From the NCBI GenBank assembly GCA_964531405.1, contig CAZHHK010000002.1, positions 1-54,529 on the forward strand: a stretch of 54,529 nucleotides of DNA, in the 5' to 3' direction. Source of the stretch: an uncultured Spirochaetales bacterium. GTDB taxonomy: Bacteria > Spirochaetota > GWE2-31-10 > JAFGQB01. A model generated the notes under the pieces. That model had not been told where the DNA came from. It did not search any database and saw only the letters and a list, made by a program, of their open reading frames with translations. How positions within the stretch are numbered: position 1 is the stretch's first letter; each line of letters begins with the position of its first letter. The translations under genes and the position numbers were made by a program. Below are positions 1 to 8,697 of the stretch, piece after piece.

Positions 1-494
1 TTTTTTCGTGCATAAAATATTCTCATTTTAATTGTTTCAACAGGCAATCCAAGTATTAAAGCGATTTCTTCATATTTCAAACCTTCATATTCAACCATCA
101 GGAGAGGTATTTTTAAATCATCGTTAAGCTTTTCCAGTGCTTTGTTGACGATTATTCTTGTTTCTGTTGTTTCTATTTTGTCGGACTCGTTTTTTATCAG
201 ATTGAGTTTTTTTGAAGCAATTATTTTTCTTAATGCGTCTATGCTTTTATTTACCGTTATACGATATAAATAAGTATAGATACTGCTTTTACCATTAAAT
301 CTGCCTACAGATCTGTAAAAATCCAAAAGCACTTCCTGTACAATATCCTTACTCGCCTCTTCATCATTAATTATTTTATTAGCTATATTTATCAATTTTT
401 TCTTGTAAGAATTAACTATATAATTATAAGCTTCATTATCATTGTTTTTAAGCTTCGCAATAAGTATTTCTTCGTTTGTGATAGCCAGTTCCAT
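1..494 (-). CDS. ECF-type sigma-70 family RNA polymerase sigma factor (C-terminal end cut by window edge)
   Basis: Not in the ORF track because it runs off the edge. Manual reverse translation from ATG (complement of 494-492) gives MELAITNEEILIAKLKNNDNEAYNYIVNSYKKKLINIANKIINDEEASKDIVQEVLLDFYRSVGRFNGKSSIYTYLYRITVNKSIDALRK ... DDLKIPLLMVEYEGLKYEEIALILGLPVETIKMRIFYARKK. The region-2-like (YLYRITVNKSID) and region-4 HTH-like segments are typical of ECF sigma factors. Confidence 0.75.
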   Translation of the reverse strand, partial: MELAITNEEILIAKLKNNDNEAYNYIVNSYKKKLINIANKIINDEEASKDIVQEVLLDFYRSVGRFNGKSSIYTYLYRITVNKSIDALRKIIASKKLNLIKNESDKIETTETRIIVNKALEKLNDDLKIPLLMVEYEGLKYEEIALILGLPVETIKMRIFYARK

Positions 495-510
495 AAAATT
501 AGGATAATTA

Positions 511-536
511 TGCAGGGCATAACGCCTCGCCCTGCA
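511..536 (-). terminator. GC-rich hairpin between the LTXXQ gene and the sigma-factor gene (possible attenuator or weak terminator)
   Basis: tgcagggc (511-518) pairs with gccctgca (529-536) as a perfect 8-bp stem, the only GC-rich element in this spacer. The clean T-run (544-551) is on the plus side. The minus strand has only a weak U-tract, so the role is uncertain. Confidence 0.3.
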
Positions 537-556
537 TTAAAACTTTTTTTTATAGT

Positions 557-1069
557 TTAATCAATATTTTTTTCAAAATCACAATAATTTTTATAACTAT
601 TATGCATGCCTTTATTTCTAAAATTCATATTTCTTGGTTTTTCAGGAGGATGCTCTCTTTTAAATATGAATCTCCATTTTTCCAACTGTTCTTTTGTAAG
701 TATCGATTTTATGTCCAAATCCCTTTTTATCATGAAAAATTCGATTTTACTCATAATCTCATTTTTATCCTTTATCAAAGCTTTGATTTTATCCATGTTT
801 GGATTATCTTTAATTAATTCCTCTCTTAGATTAAGTTTGGCTCTTTCATGATCTATCTTCAATTGATCTACGGTAACCCTAAAATCATCCATTATTGTAG
901 CTATTTTATTTTCCTGCTCTTTGGTTAAATTTAAGTCTGCCTTAATTTTATCAATTTTTTTATTTCGATCATTTTTATAACCCTGTGAATAAGCATTAAA
1001 AGATAATATCAAAATTATTAATGCCAATAAAAAAACTATACTCTTTTTCAATTTTGTGTCTCCTTGCAT
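557..1069 (-). CDS. Periplasmic Spy/CpxP-family (LTXXQ motif) protein
   Basis: 170-aa ORF with an N-terminal signal peptide (KKSIVFLLALIILILSFNAYSQ). Two LTXXQ motifs (LNLTKEQENKI, ILTKEQLEKW) sit in a helical K/E-rich body. It lies directly upstream of an ECF sigma gene on the same strand. Confidence 0.6.
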   Translation of the reverse strand: MQGDTKLKKSIVFLLALIILILSFNAYSQGYKNDRNKKIDKIKADLNLTKEQENKIATIMDDFRVTVDQLKIDHERAKLNLREELIKDNPNMDKIKALIKDKNEIMSKIEFFMIKRDLDIKSILTKEQLEKWRFIFKREHPPEKPRNMNFRNKGMHNSYKNYCDFEKNID

Positions 1070-1206
1070 AATAAAAATATTTTTTTATCAAGCATTTTAC
1101 AAATGCTTTGAATATTAGTCGTATAAGCCTATAAAAAAGTTTTATTAATTATTAAAAAAAATTAAATTGACAAGAAAAACAAATAAGTTAAACTAATTTA
1201 ACAATT

Positions 1207-2208
1207 ATGATCAAAATAAGTATTATATTTACAATAGCAGTGCTTTTATTATATTTATTTATATTTACCCGTCTAAATAAAATAATTCTGGCAAACTTTG
1301 CAGGACGTATGCTCTACATTCTAACAAAATTGATTAGATCTATAATAAAATATACTCCCGAGGATAAAATTGTAGGATTATATCCGCTTGTAAATAAACA
1401 CATCTTAAAAAAATACGGTTTGAATGAAGATTTAATAGGTATTCCCATGCCGATCTGGAAAAGAATGATACTCGGAAACAGAGTTATTTCTGCAGAGCAC
1501 GGTACAAATTTTTTTGTAATCGGAAAAACCAATTTCTGGGGCATGTCGTCATTTTTAAATCCGGATGATTTAAATAGATACCATCTCTGGTATGGAATTT
1601 ATCTTTTGCCTCTTAATTGTATCTATGAAATTAGAGGCGGTTTAAAATCAAAAATCGATATTTTTGGTTATGATGTAGTAAAGAATAAAATTAATATTGA
1701 CGAGGTTTTTCTTATTATTCAATATGATTATTATAATTATTTTCGATTCAGTCAAAATAAGTTTTTTAAAAATAATCCTGAAGTATTTTTAAAAAAATAT
1801 AAATTTGAAAATTTAAATCTAAAAGCGAAAGAATCAAACTACTGTAATTACTGCTGGGAATTAGAGGGGTCTGTTTACGGTAAAAATTTAATGAATAAAA
1901 CAAAAAATCCCCTGCACTCATTTTTACAGGCTATGACAATTGGTTGGATACCGAAGAATAATGAACAAATTCATGGACACTCAAAATATAAAGGCAGGAT
2001 GGTGATTGCATACAGAGATAAAGAAGGCAATATTGTAAATCCATCATCTAAAGATGCCAATATTCTTTCGTGCGGATATGTTTTTGGTATTCATTGGGAC
2101 AATAATAAAAAAGAAACTCCTAATTATATTATCGAAGAGCTTGCCTCTGATTTTGCGAAGATTAAATATAAAATCATTAATAAAAAGTCTGCAAAGAGCT
2201 TCCTGTAA
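1207..2208 (+). CDS. Hypothetical protein with N-terminal membrane anchor
   Basis: 333-aa ORF with a hydrophobic N-terminus (IKISIIFTIAVLLLYLFIF). No motif I can assign. Its length in an AT-rich, stop-rich background supports coding. Confidence 0.5.
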   Translation: MIKISIIFTIAVLLLYLFIFTRLNKIILANFAGRMLYILTKLIRSIIKYTPEDKIVGLYPLVNKHILKKYGLNEDLIGIPMPIWKRMILGNRVISAEHGTNFFVIGKTNFWGMSSFLNPDDLNRYHLWYGIYLLPLNCIYEIRGGLKSKIDIFGYDVVKNKINIDEVFLIIQYDYYNYFRFSQNKFFKNNPEVFLKKYKFENLNLKAKESNYCNYCWELEGSVYGKNLMNKTKNPLHSFLQAMTIGWIPKNNEQIHGHSKYKGRMVIAYRDKEGNIVNPSSKDANILSCGYVFGIHWDNNKKETPNYIIEELASDFAKIKYKIINKKSAKSFL

Positions 2209-2263
2209 TCACAGGATATTTTTTATTGTCAAAAAGTAAAAAAAATTATATGTTAATATACAC

Positions 2264-3154
2264 TTGAAACAAACAACAGCAGGAGAGACTGCCATGAACA
2301 ATAATATTAATTTGATGATGTCAATGGGATTGATTGAAATCTGTGGCACAACTTTTTCGATTATAAAAAAAAATTTTATTTTTTTACTTAAGCTTTTTCT
2401 TGTGTTTATAATTCCTCTGGCTATACTTATAGTATTTTCTGTTTTTGAAGCAATTAAATTCAACGAAATCATACAGGCAGATCCTAATGATCCAAAAGCT
2501 TATGTTTCTTTTTTTTCTCTCATAACCATGCTTGTATTATTTGGGGCAGTTAATCTAATTTATAAAAGCAGTCTTGTAATAACAGCAAAACGCATAGTTT
2601 TAGATGAATACTTATCTCTAGAAAAAATAATTATTTCTTCACTAAAATCTTTTTTGTTTTTATTCCTGACATGCTTAATAGGCAACATACTTATATCTTT
2701 AGGATTATTGTTTTTTATACTTCCCGGGATTTTCTTAATAGTTGCATTCTTATATATACCCCAGGTTTATTTTATTGAAAATAAAAATTTGATTTTAAAT
2801 ATAAGTAAGAGTTTCATTATGGGAATGAAATCTTTTATCACAGTTTTTTTGATACCTATTTTTTTATATATGACTTATGCCGGATCTGTATTACTTTTTA
2901 TGAGCTTTTTTAGCTCAGATTTTATAATGAAGCTGTTTACCGGAGAAAGTATCCCGGCAGATAAGATAGGCTATTTTTCAAAAAGCCTCTCCTATAAATC
3001 ATTTCTCATTAGTCAGCTTGCCGTATTCTTCATTTTGTTTTATTTCTTCTTTACCTTTGTACAGATAGCTGTTACTTTGAAATACTTAAATGTTAAAACA
3101 GTTGAAGAAGGACGTCTTGAAAGTAATGAGGTTAAAAATCAAGGAAGCCAATAA
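2264..3154 (+). CDS. Multi-pass integral membrane protein, function unknown
   Basis: 296-aa ORF with at least 5-6 hydrophobic segments. An alternative start is at M11 (2294). Its 3' end overlaps the convergent udp gene by 16 nt. Confidence 0.5.
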   Translation: MKQTTAGETAMNNNINLMMSMGLIEICGTTFSIIKKNFIFLLKLFLVFIIPLAILIVFSVFEAIKFNEIIQADPNDPKAYVSFFSLITMLVLFGAVNLIYKSSLVITAKRIVLDEYLSLEKIIISSLKSFLFLFLTCLIGNILISLGLLFFILPGIFLIVAFLYIPQVYFIENKNLILNISKSFIMGMKSFITVFLIPIFLYMTYAGSVLLFMSFFSSDFIMKLFTGESIPADKIGYFSKSLSYKSFLISQLAVFFILFYFFFTFVQIAVTLKYLNVKTVEEGRLESNEVKNQGSQ

Positions 3155-3963
3155 GATGATTTTCCTTTTTGATTATCCATCAAATTTAAAACTTCAAATG
3201 CACCTAAAGCTGTTTGTATAGCGTTGTTTTCGGCTTTTAATTTATCATCGGGCTTTATAAATTTATTTTCCTGTCTTAAAGCAAAAACACTGCAAACACA
3301 GCCTGCTCTAAATCCCCTCAGGGTAGCAAGAGTTAAGAGGGCACTTGCCTCCATCTCAAAATTAAGAACATTCTGTTTTACTAATCTGTCAAGTAATGTT
3401 TCGTCTTTAATCGGGAATCCCGGTACATGCCTACCCTGTGCTCCATAAAAACCCGGGCAGGTTGCTGTAACACCTAGATGATAGTGAACATTGTTTGTCT
3501 TGGCAGATTTTAAGAGTGACAGGATTACTTCGTGATGTGATAATGCCGGATAGCCGTTTTCAACAAAAAAACCGGTTGTATTCTCGAGTCTGACTGCACC
3601 AGAGCTTATTATAACATCGCCTAACTTTATATTTTTTTGTAATGCCCCGCATGTACCACACCTTATTATGGTCAATGGGAATTTTAATTGACAGAGCTCT
3701 ATTACAGCGATTTCGGTATTATCGGCTCCGATACCTGTCGACATTACAGTCAGATCAAAATCCTTATATTTACCAGTAAAAGTAACAAATTCCCGATTTT
3801 GTTTTTTTACCCTGACTTCGGTAAAATACTCGGCGACTCTTTGCGCCCTGTCAGGATCACCGACTATTATTATCCTATCGCTTATCTCATCAGTTGTCAA
3901 TCCGATGTGATATTGCCTGCCTTTATCATCCTTTACAATTTCTGCACTCTGATAATCACTCAT
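3139..3963 (-). CDS. udp: Uridine phosphorylase (PNP/UDP_1 nucleoside phosphorylase family)
   Basis: 274 aa. It aligns by eye with E. coli Udp through these motifs: IVGDPDRAQRV, MSTGIGADN, IRCGTCGAL, AVRLENTTG, GVTATCPGFYGAQGR, NFEMEASALLTLA, FRAGCV. It is adjacent to deoC. Confidence 0.75.
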   Translation of the reverse strand: MSDYQSAEIVKDDKGRQYHIGLTTDEISDRIIIVGDPDRAQRVAEYFTEVRVKKQNREFVTFTGKYKDFDLTVMSTGIGADNTEIAVIELCQLKFPLTIIRCGTCGALQKNIKLGDVIISSGAVRLENTTGFFVENGYPALSHHEVILSLLKSAKTNNVHYHLGVTATCPGFYGAQGRHVPGFPIKDETLLDRLVKQNVLNFEMEASALLTLATLRGFRAGCVCSVFALRQENKFIKPDDKLKAENNAIQTALGAFEVLNLMDNQKGKSSYWLP

Positions 3964-3966
3964 CTT

Positions 3967-4626
3967 TTAAGCCTTTTTAAATTCATTTATAATTTTAACC
4001 GAACTGCTGGTACCGATCCTGGTAGCGCCGGCTTCGACCATTTTTAATAGTTTTTCTAAAGAATCAATGCCGCCGCTTGCTTTGATCTCGATCTTATCAC
4101 CAACATGATCTTTGATCTTTTTTATAATTTCCGGATCCGCTCCTTTACCTAAAAAACCAGTAGAAGTTTTTATGAATTTTGCTCCTGCCTCGACACAGAC
4201 ATCGCAAGTCTGCAAAAGCTCATCTTCCGTCAGCATAGCTGATTCTATTATGACTTTAACAGGGAGTTCTATATCAACAACATTCTTTATATCTTCGCTA
4301 ACATCAGTAAATAATCCACTTTTAACAGCGCCCAACGCTATCATCATATCAATTTCATCAACCCTGTAAAGCGCGGCTTCAAGAGCCTCCTGGCGTTTGT
4401 TTCGCGTCATGCCAAAGGGAAATCCTACAACCGTGCAAATTTTGACATTTGATTGTGCCAGGATATCCTTTGCAAACCTTACCCACCAGGGATTTACACA
4501 TACAGAATAAAACCCATTGTCATAGGCTTCTATACAAAGCTTTTCAATATCTTTTACCGTTGCTTCAGGTTTTAATAAAGTATGATCGATTATTTTGCCA
4601 AGTCCTTCTCTCGTTTGAATATTCAT
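3967..4626 (-). CDS. deoC: Deoxyribose-phosphate aldolase
   Basis: 219 aa. Contains IDHTLLKPEAT, VCVNPWWV, VVGFPFG, IKTSTGF (Schiff-base Lys context) and KASGGI, all DeoC hallmarks. It sits 3 nt upstream of udp. Confidence 0.9.
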   Translation of the reverse strand: MNIQTREGLGKIIDHTLLKPEATVKDIEKLCIEAYDNGFYSVCVNPWWVRFAKDILAQSNVKICTVVGFPFGMTRNKRQEALEAALYRVDEIDMMIALGAVKSGLFTDVSEDIKNVVDIELPVKVIIESAMLTEDELLQTCDVCVEAGAKFIKTSTGFLGKGADPEIIKKIKDHVGDKIEIKASGGIDSLEKLLKMVEAGATRIGTSSSVKIINEFKKA

Positions 4627-4654
4627 GTTATTCCCCCTTTTAAAATATTATTTA

Positions 4655-5530
4655 TTAAAAACTGTCCTTGTATTTCATTGCATTGGCAAGTATTTCATTG
4701 CCTTCATTTTTTACTTTGTATTTTACATTTTTTTCCCAAGTGTCATGATAAGCTTTACCTGTAATATTAAGAATCAAATTAGAGTATGCATCATAAGCTA
4801 TGAAATAGGGTTTGTCGCCGTTCATGTCCTGCTTATTGACTATCATATAAATAACAACGCCGACTGTAACAGCGATTTCGTCACTCTTTTTTACAGGATT
4901 AAAATAAATATTTTTAACAGTGTCTATAAGGCTTTTAAATTGGCTCTTACTGAATCCGATTTTAATCCGTACATATTTAAAATCTCTGTCTGCTACATGG
5001 TCTATCTTATTCCCCAGATAGATTTTATAAAAATCATAAAGCTCTTCCGTCAGAGTCATTACATCATTTTCTGCATTTTTACTATTGTTATATAACTTAA
5101 CGTTAGTTTTTGTCTCAAGAGATTTTAAGCATTTTATCAGAGACTCAAGACTCTCATTATCAGGAGAATCAACCCTGCTTTTTAGTATTTCGCATACGAT
5201 TTTATATACTCCATTTTGATCTTTAGTAAAGTATTTTTCAAATACAGCCTTCTTATCCTCTGAAAGAATTTTATCATTAAAATAGATACCAGCAAGAGCT
5301 TCCGATATATCATCAATAATCTTATCATTCTGCACCGGATAAGTAAACTCCTTCGTCGTATCCATTTTTATAAAGTCTTCGCTGGTCAGCTTCATATCTC
5401 TGATTACATCTTCAAGAGTGTAATATTTCGTAGTATCTTCTATTTTTGTTTCTTTACCCGTTATACATGAAAACAATAATAAGATAAATACCATTAATAT
5501 CATTAATCTGCTCGTCATATTATGCTCCAC
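4655..5530 (-). CDS. Putative lipoprotein, function unknown
   Basis: 291 aa. A signal peptide ends in the lipobox-like LLLFSC. No recognisable domain. Confidence 0.5.
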   Translation of the reverse strand: MEHNMTSRLMILMVFILLLFSCITGKETKIEDTTKYYTLEDVIRDMKLTSEDFIKMDTTKEFTYPVQNDKIIDDISEALAGIYFNDKILSEDKKAVFEKYFTKDQNGVYKIVCEILKSRVDSPDNESLESLIKCLKSLETKTNVKLYNNSKNAENDVMTLTEELYDFYKIYLGNKIDHVADRDFKYVRIKIGFSKSQFKSLIDTVKNIYFNPVKKSDEIAVTVGVVIYMIVNKQDMNGDKPYFIAYDAYSNLILNITGKAYHDTWEKNVKYKVKNEGNEILANAMKYKDSF

Positions 5531-5533
5531 AAA

Positions 5534-6304
5534 TCAAATTTTTATATCAGCAGAATATAAATCTAAAATATGCAGATACTGGACTACAAGCCTGTATGCA
5601 AGCACGTCGTCGGAAAATCTGCATGTATGCGTTTTTTGATAATCCTTTATAAAAGGCGCAAATCCTTTTTTCAATATGCTGCCCCAGCATTTATATCCAT
5701 CAAATATTATTTTTTTATCAAGCTCAATAAATGCTTTTTTAAAATATTTTGACTTCATAGTCAACAGAAAATCACTTGATATTCTTACAAAGGGATACAA
5801 AAGCACCTCATCTCTCATCACGAAAATAAAAATAAACGAATTATTGAATAATTTGATTTTTAAATGAACAGCAAAATATTTATCAGTATGACCAAGGCGT
5901 GAAGGATCTAAGAAATTCTCAGCAGTTATTATATCGATTTCGTTAATGCCGGTAATTTTTTTTAATCGTAAAACCATTGTCTTAAAATATTTTAAAAGTC
6001 TGTCTTCAGATATTATCTCATTTATACTTTTATAATCATCTTCTCTAATAAGGAATCTTAATTTACCATTTATTGTATTAAGGCGGTTATTTTTAATAAG
6101 CATCCATTTATCATATCTTAAATTGTTAAGCCTGTATTCTTTATCTTTAAGTATTATAATTTTCGCATTAGCATCAAAATGATTTCTTAAACCATGAATG
6201 AAATCATAAAAAAGGTAATTAATCATCACTGAAAAAAAATTCCATAATGAATACTTTTCAAATAAATTTAAACTAGTCGTTTTTCTTAATATTATAAATT
6301 TCAC
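5534..6304 (-). CDS. Hypothetical protein
   Basis: 256-aa ORF. The annotated start overlaps the end of the GGDEF gene by 32 nt, and an alternative start is at M27 (6226). No motif assigned. Confidence 0.45.
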   Translation of the reverse strand: MKFIILRKTTSLNLFEKYSLWNFFSVMINYLFYDFIHGLRNHFDANAKIIILKDKEYRLNNLRYDKWMLIKNNRLNTINGKLRFLIREDDYKSINEIISEDRLLKYFKTMVLRLKKITGINEIDIITAENFLDPSRLGHTDKYFAVHLKIKLFNNSFIFIFVMRDEVLLYPFVRISSDFLLTMKSKYFKKAFIELDKKIIFDGYKCWGSILKKGFAPFIKDYQKTHTCRFSDDVLAYRLVVQYLHILDLYSADIKI

Positions 6305-8663
6305 TTCCTTTTTTTAATTTTTTTTCCTTGTATAACATTTCATCGGCTTCTGAAATCAGCGATTCGAATACCGTTGTCTTATCTATATGATAATGCGAAT
6401 AACCAAGACTCATAGATATATTATAAGGCTTTTTTGAAGAATCATTGTAATCCTTTATATTCTCAAAAAGACGTTTTTTGATTTCATCCTCATCGTTTTT
6501 TGCAGTGTCAACGGATAGGACGGTAAATTCATCACCACCAATTCTTGCAATAATATCTGCCTGCCTGAAAGTCTTTTTGATTATCTCACCAGCTTTAAAT
6601 AATACATAATCTCCTTCCTTATGACCATAGGTATCATTTATAATTTTTAAACCATCCAGATCGATAAAAAAAACAATGAATTCCTTATTCATTCTCCGGG
6701 CTAATTTTAAATGCTGTTCGCCCAATGTTAAAAATCCTCTACGATTATATAAGCCTGTCAGTTCATCCTTAAGCGAGAGACTTCTTAACTGATCATTAGA
6801 CTTTTCAAGCTCGCTTAAAGCTTCCTTTAATTTCATTTCGGTTTTTCTTCTTTCAGCGATTTCCTTCTGTAGCTGCATATTGGATTTTGTAAGATCAATG
6901 GTTCTTTCTTTTACCTGCTCTTCAAGACTTTGAGCCTGTTTTTTGATTTTTTCAATAAGCAGTGAAACCTTCAAAGCATTTGAAAGATTATTGCGCAAGA
7001 TTTCATAAATCTTGGCTTCCTTAGCTCCGATTTCAAACAAAACAAAACCTATATGATCGTTACCATCGGATAATTCTTCAATTATAAATTTAAATCTTTT
7101 TGTTTTATCTATTAAATTATCAGGGACGAGTTTGTTTGATAAAAATACTGGTCCACCTTTCTCGATATTAATCCGTCCATTTTCGTTAAACGCAAGCATA
7201 AGTTTTGAGTACTCAAGATTATCAGATGAGTTGTCATAAAGGGACAGATAGCAGCTTTTAATGCCAAATCTTGGCAACTCTTCATAAAGAATACTCATCT
7301 GTTCATCTATATTCAAAGCGGACATCAATCTTTCTCCGATTTCACGTAAACTCTGCATCTCATATAATTCGAGTATCTTCTGGAAACTGTCTGCTCTCTG
7401 GCTTGCTTCAGCGAGCATAACTCGCGCCTGCTGGAAAATATCCTCTATATGAATCATCATATTACGATCATCTATAAATGGTAATAAATTTTGACGAAGA
7501 ATACTTATTACATCATGTAACAGATAAAGATTAAAACCTTTTGCAATCGCCACAGATATGACTTCATTCCAAATTTTTATAAAATCATTGCTTTTTACGC
7601 TTTTAATTTCATTTAAAAGGGATTCTACAATTTCATTAAACAGCATCGAATAAATAAGCTTTTCATATTGATCAAGGTCTTTAATTATTTTATTTATTTC
7701 ATTTAACAGAATGTGCTTTTCAACCATATTGTCTTCAAAAAGTTTTGTCTTTTCAAAGGCATTTGAAGCGGCTTTTATAGTATTTAGTGAAAAACATCCG
7801 CATGATTCTCTTATTATAAGCTTTGTCTGTATTTTTTTTACCGGTTCAATCTCTTCACCCTGTATGAGCTTTATGGCAAGCTCGCCGGAGACTTTGCCCT
7901 GCTCATAAAGCGGCTGTCTTACTGTTGTAAGCGGAAGTATTGCATATTTACCCATTTCTATATCATCAAATCCTACAACAGCAACCTCCCTGGGGACTTT
8001 GACATTCCTAATCTGCAAAGCATCAAATGCACCCATTGCCATATTATCATTTGCTGATATTATAGCATCAAATTTAACTTTACGTTTGTCTAACAGCATA
8101 TTAACTGCTTCCATACCGGACTCAAGGGTAAATTTACCATCAACAACAAGATCATCATCAAGCTCAATATTGTGCATTTTTAAAGCTTCAACATAAGCCG
8201 AATATCTATCCTGAGCCTCTGCATTACCGTCTGGACCTTTAATAAAAGCTATACGCTTATAAGAATGCACTTCAATCAAATGCCTTACTAGATCCAGCAT
8301 ACCTTTATTATCAACCAATACCGAAGGAAAATCTTTAAGTTCGAGTGCTATACTAACTATTGGAATATTTTTAAAACTCATACAATAGTCATTCATCGCT
8401 TCCGGACCAATATAATTAGCTATTGTCCCCGATAAAACTATCAATGCATCAACATTATTTTTTGTAATTAGGTTAGCAATTACATTTCTGGTTCTTTCGT
8501 ATTCCCTTGGAGCATTAAGTCCACCTATAACGAAAGTCAAAAGATTTATATCGTATTCTTCTGCAAAATCGACAACGCCGTTAAATATTTTGATTTGATA
8601 GGGCTCTTCTGTCCAATCGATTAATAAACCGATTGTAATGCGGCTTAAATCTTTTTTGACCAT
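6273..8663 (-). CDS. Diguanylate cyclase with an N-terminal LacI/GalR-type (periplasmic-binding-protein fold) ligand-binding domain, a central helical/coiled-coil region and a C-terminal GGDEF domain
   Basis: 796 aa.
- The N-terminal ~290 aa resemble a LacI-family effector domain (ITIGLLID..., AIISANDNMAMGAFDAL, VAVVGFDDIEMGKYAILPLTTVRQP) but have no HTH and no signal peptide.
- A coiled coil follows (QAQSLEEQVKERTIDLTKSNMQLQKEIAERRKTEMKLKEA).
- The GGDEF domain has LTGLYNRRGF, an intact RIGGDEF and RQAD five residues upstream (I-site RxxD). Confidence 0.85.
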   Translation of the reverse strand: MVKKDLSRITIGLLIDWTEEPYQIKIFNGVVDFAEEYDINLLTFVIGGLNAPREYERTRNVIANLITKNNVDALIVLSGTIANYIGPEAMNDYCMSFKNIPIVSIALELKDFPSVLVDNKGMLDLVRHLIEVHSYKRIAFIKGPDGNAEAQDRYSAYVEALKMHNIELDDDLVVDGKFTLESGMEAVNMLLDKRKVKFDAIISANDNMAMGAFDALQIRNVKVPREVAVVGFDDIEMGKYAILPLTTVRQPLYEQGKVSGELAIKLIQGEEIEPVKKIQTKLIIRESCGCFSLNTIKAASNAFEKTKLFEDNMVEKHILLNEINKIIKDLDQYEKLIYSMLFNEIVESLLNEIKSVKSNDFIKIWNEVISVAIAKGFNLYLLHDVISILRQNLLPFIDDRNMMIHIEDIFQQARVMLAEASQRADSFQKILELYEMQSLREIGERLMSALNIDEQMSILYEELPRFGIKSCYLSLYDNSSDNLEYSKLMLAFNENGRINIEKGGPVFLSNKLVPDNLIDKTKRFKFIIEELSDGNDHIGFVLFEIGAKEAKIYEILRNNLSNALKVSLLIEKIKKQAQSLEEQVKERTIDLTKSNMQLQKEIAERRKTEMKLKEALSELEKSNDQLRSLSLKDELTGLYNRRGFLTLGEQHLKLARRMNKEFIVFFIDLDGLKIINDTYGHKEGDYVLFKAGEIIKKTFRQADIIARIGGDEFTVLSVDTAKNDEDEIKKRLFENIKDYNDSSKKPYNISMSLGYSHYHIDKTTVFESLISEADEMLYKEKKLKKGSEIYNIKKND

Positions 8664-8697
8664 GTTAAAATAATTATATTTTATTTAATTTAATAAT

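Noticed and set aside
3688-4047. 119-aa plus-strand ORF spanning the udp/deoC junction
   Set aside because: It overlaps two well-supported minus-strand enzymes and has no motif content.
4625-5095. 156-aa plus-strand ORF and the neighbouring short plus-strand ORFs (4449..4643, 4582..4764)
   Set aside because: They are antisense to the lipoprotein and deoC genes. The sequence is hydrophobic junk typical of AT-rich antisense frames, with no RBS.
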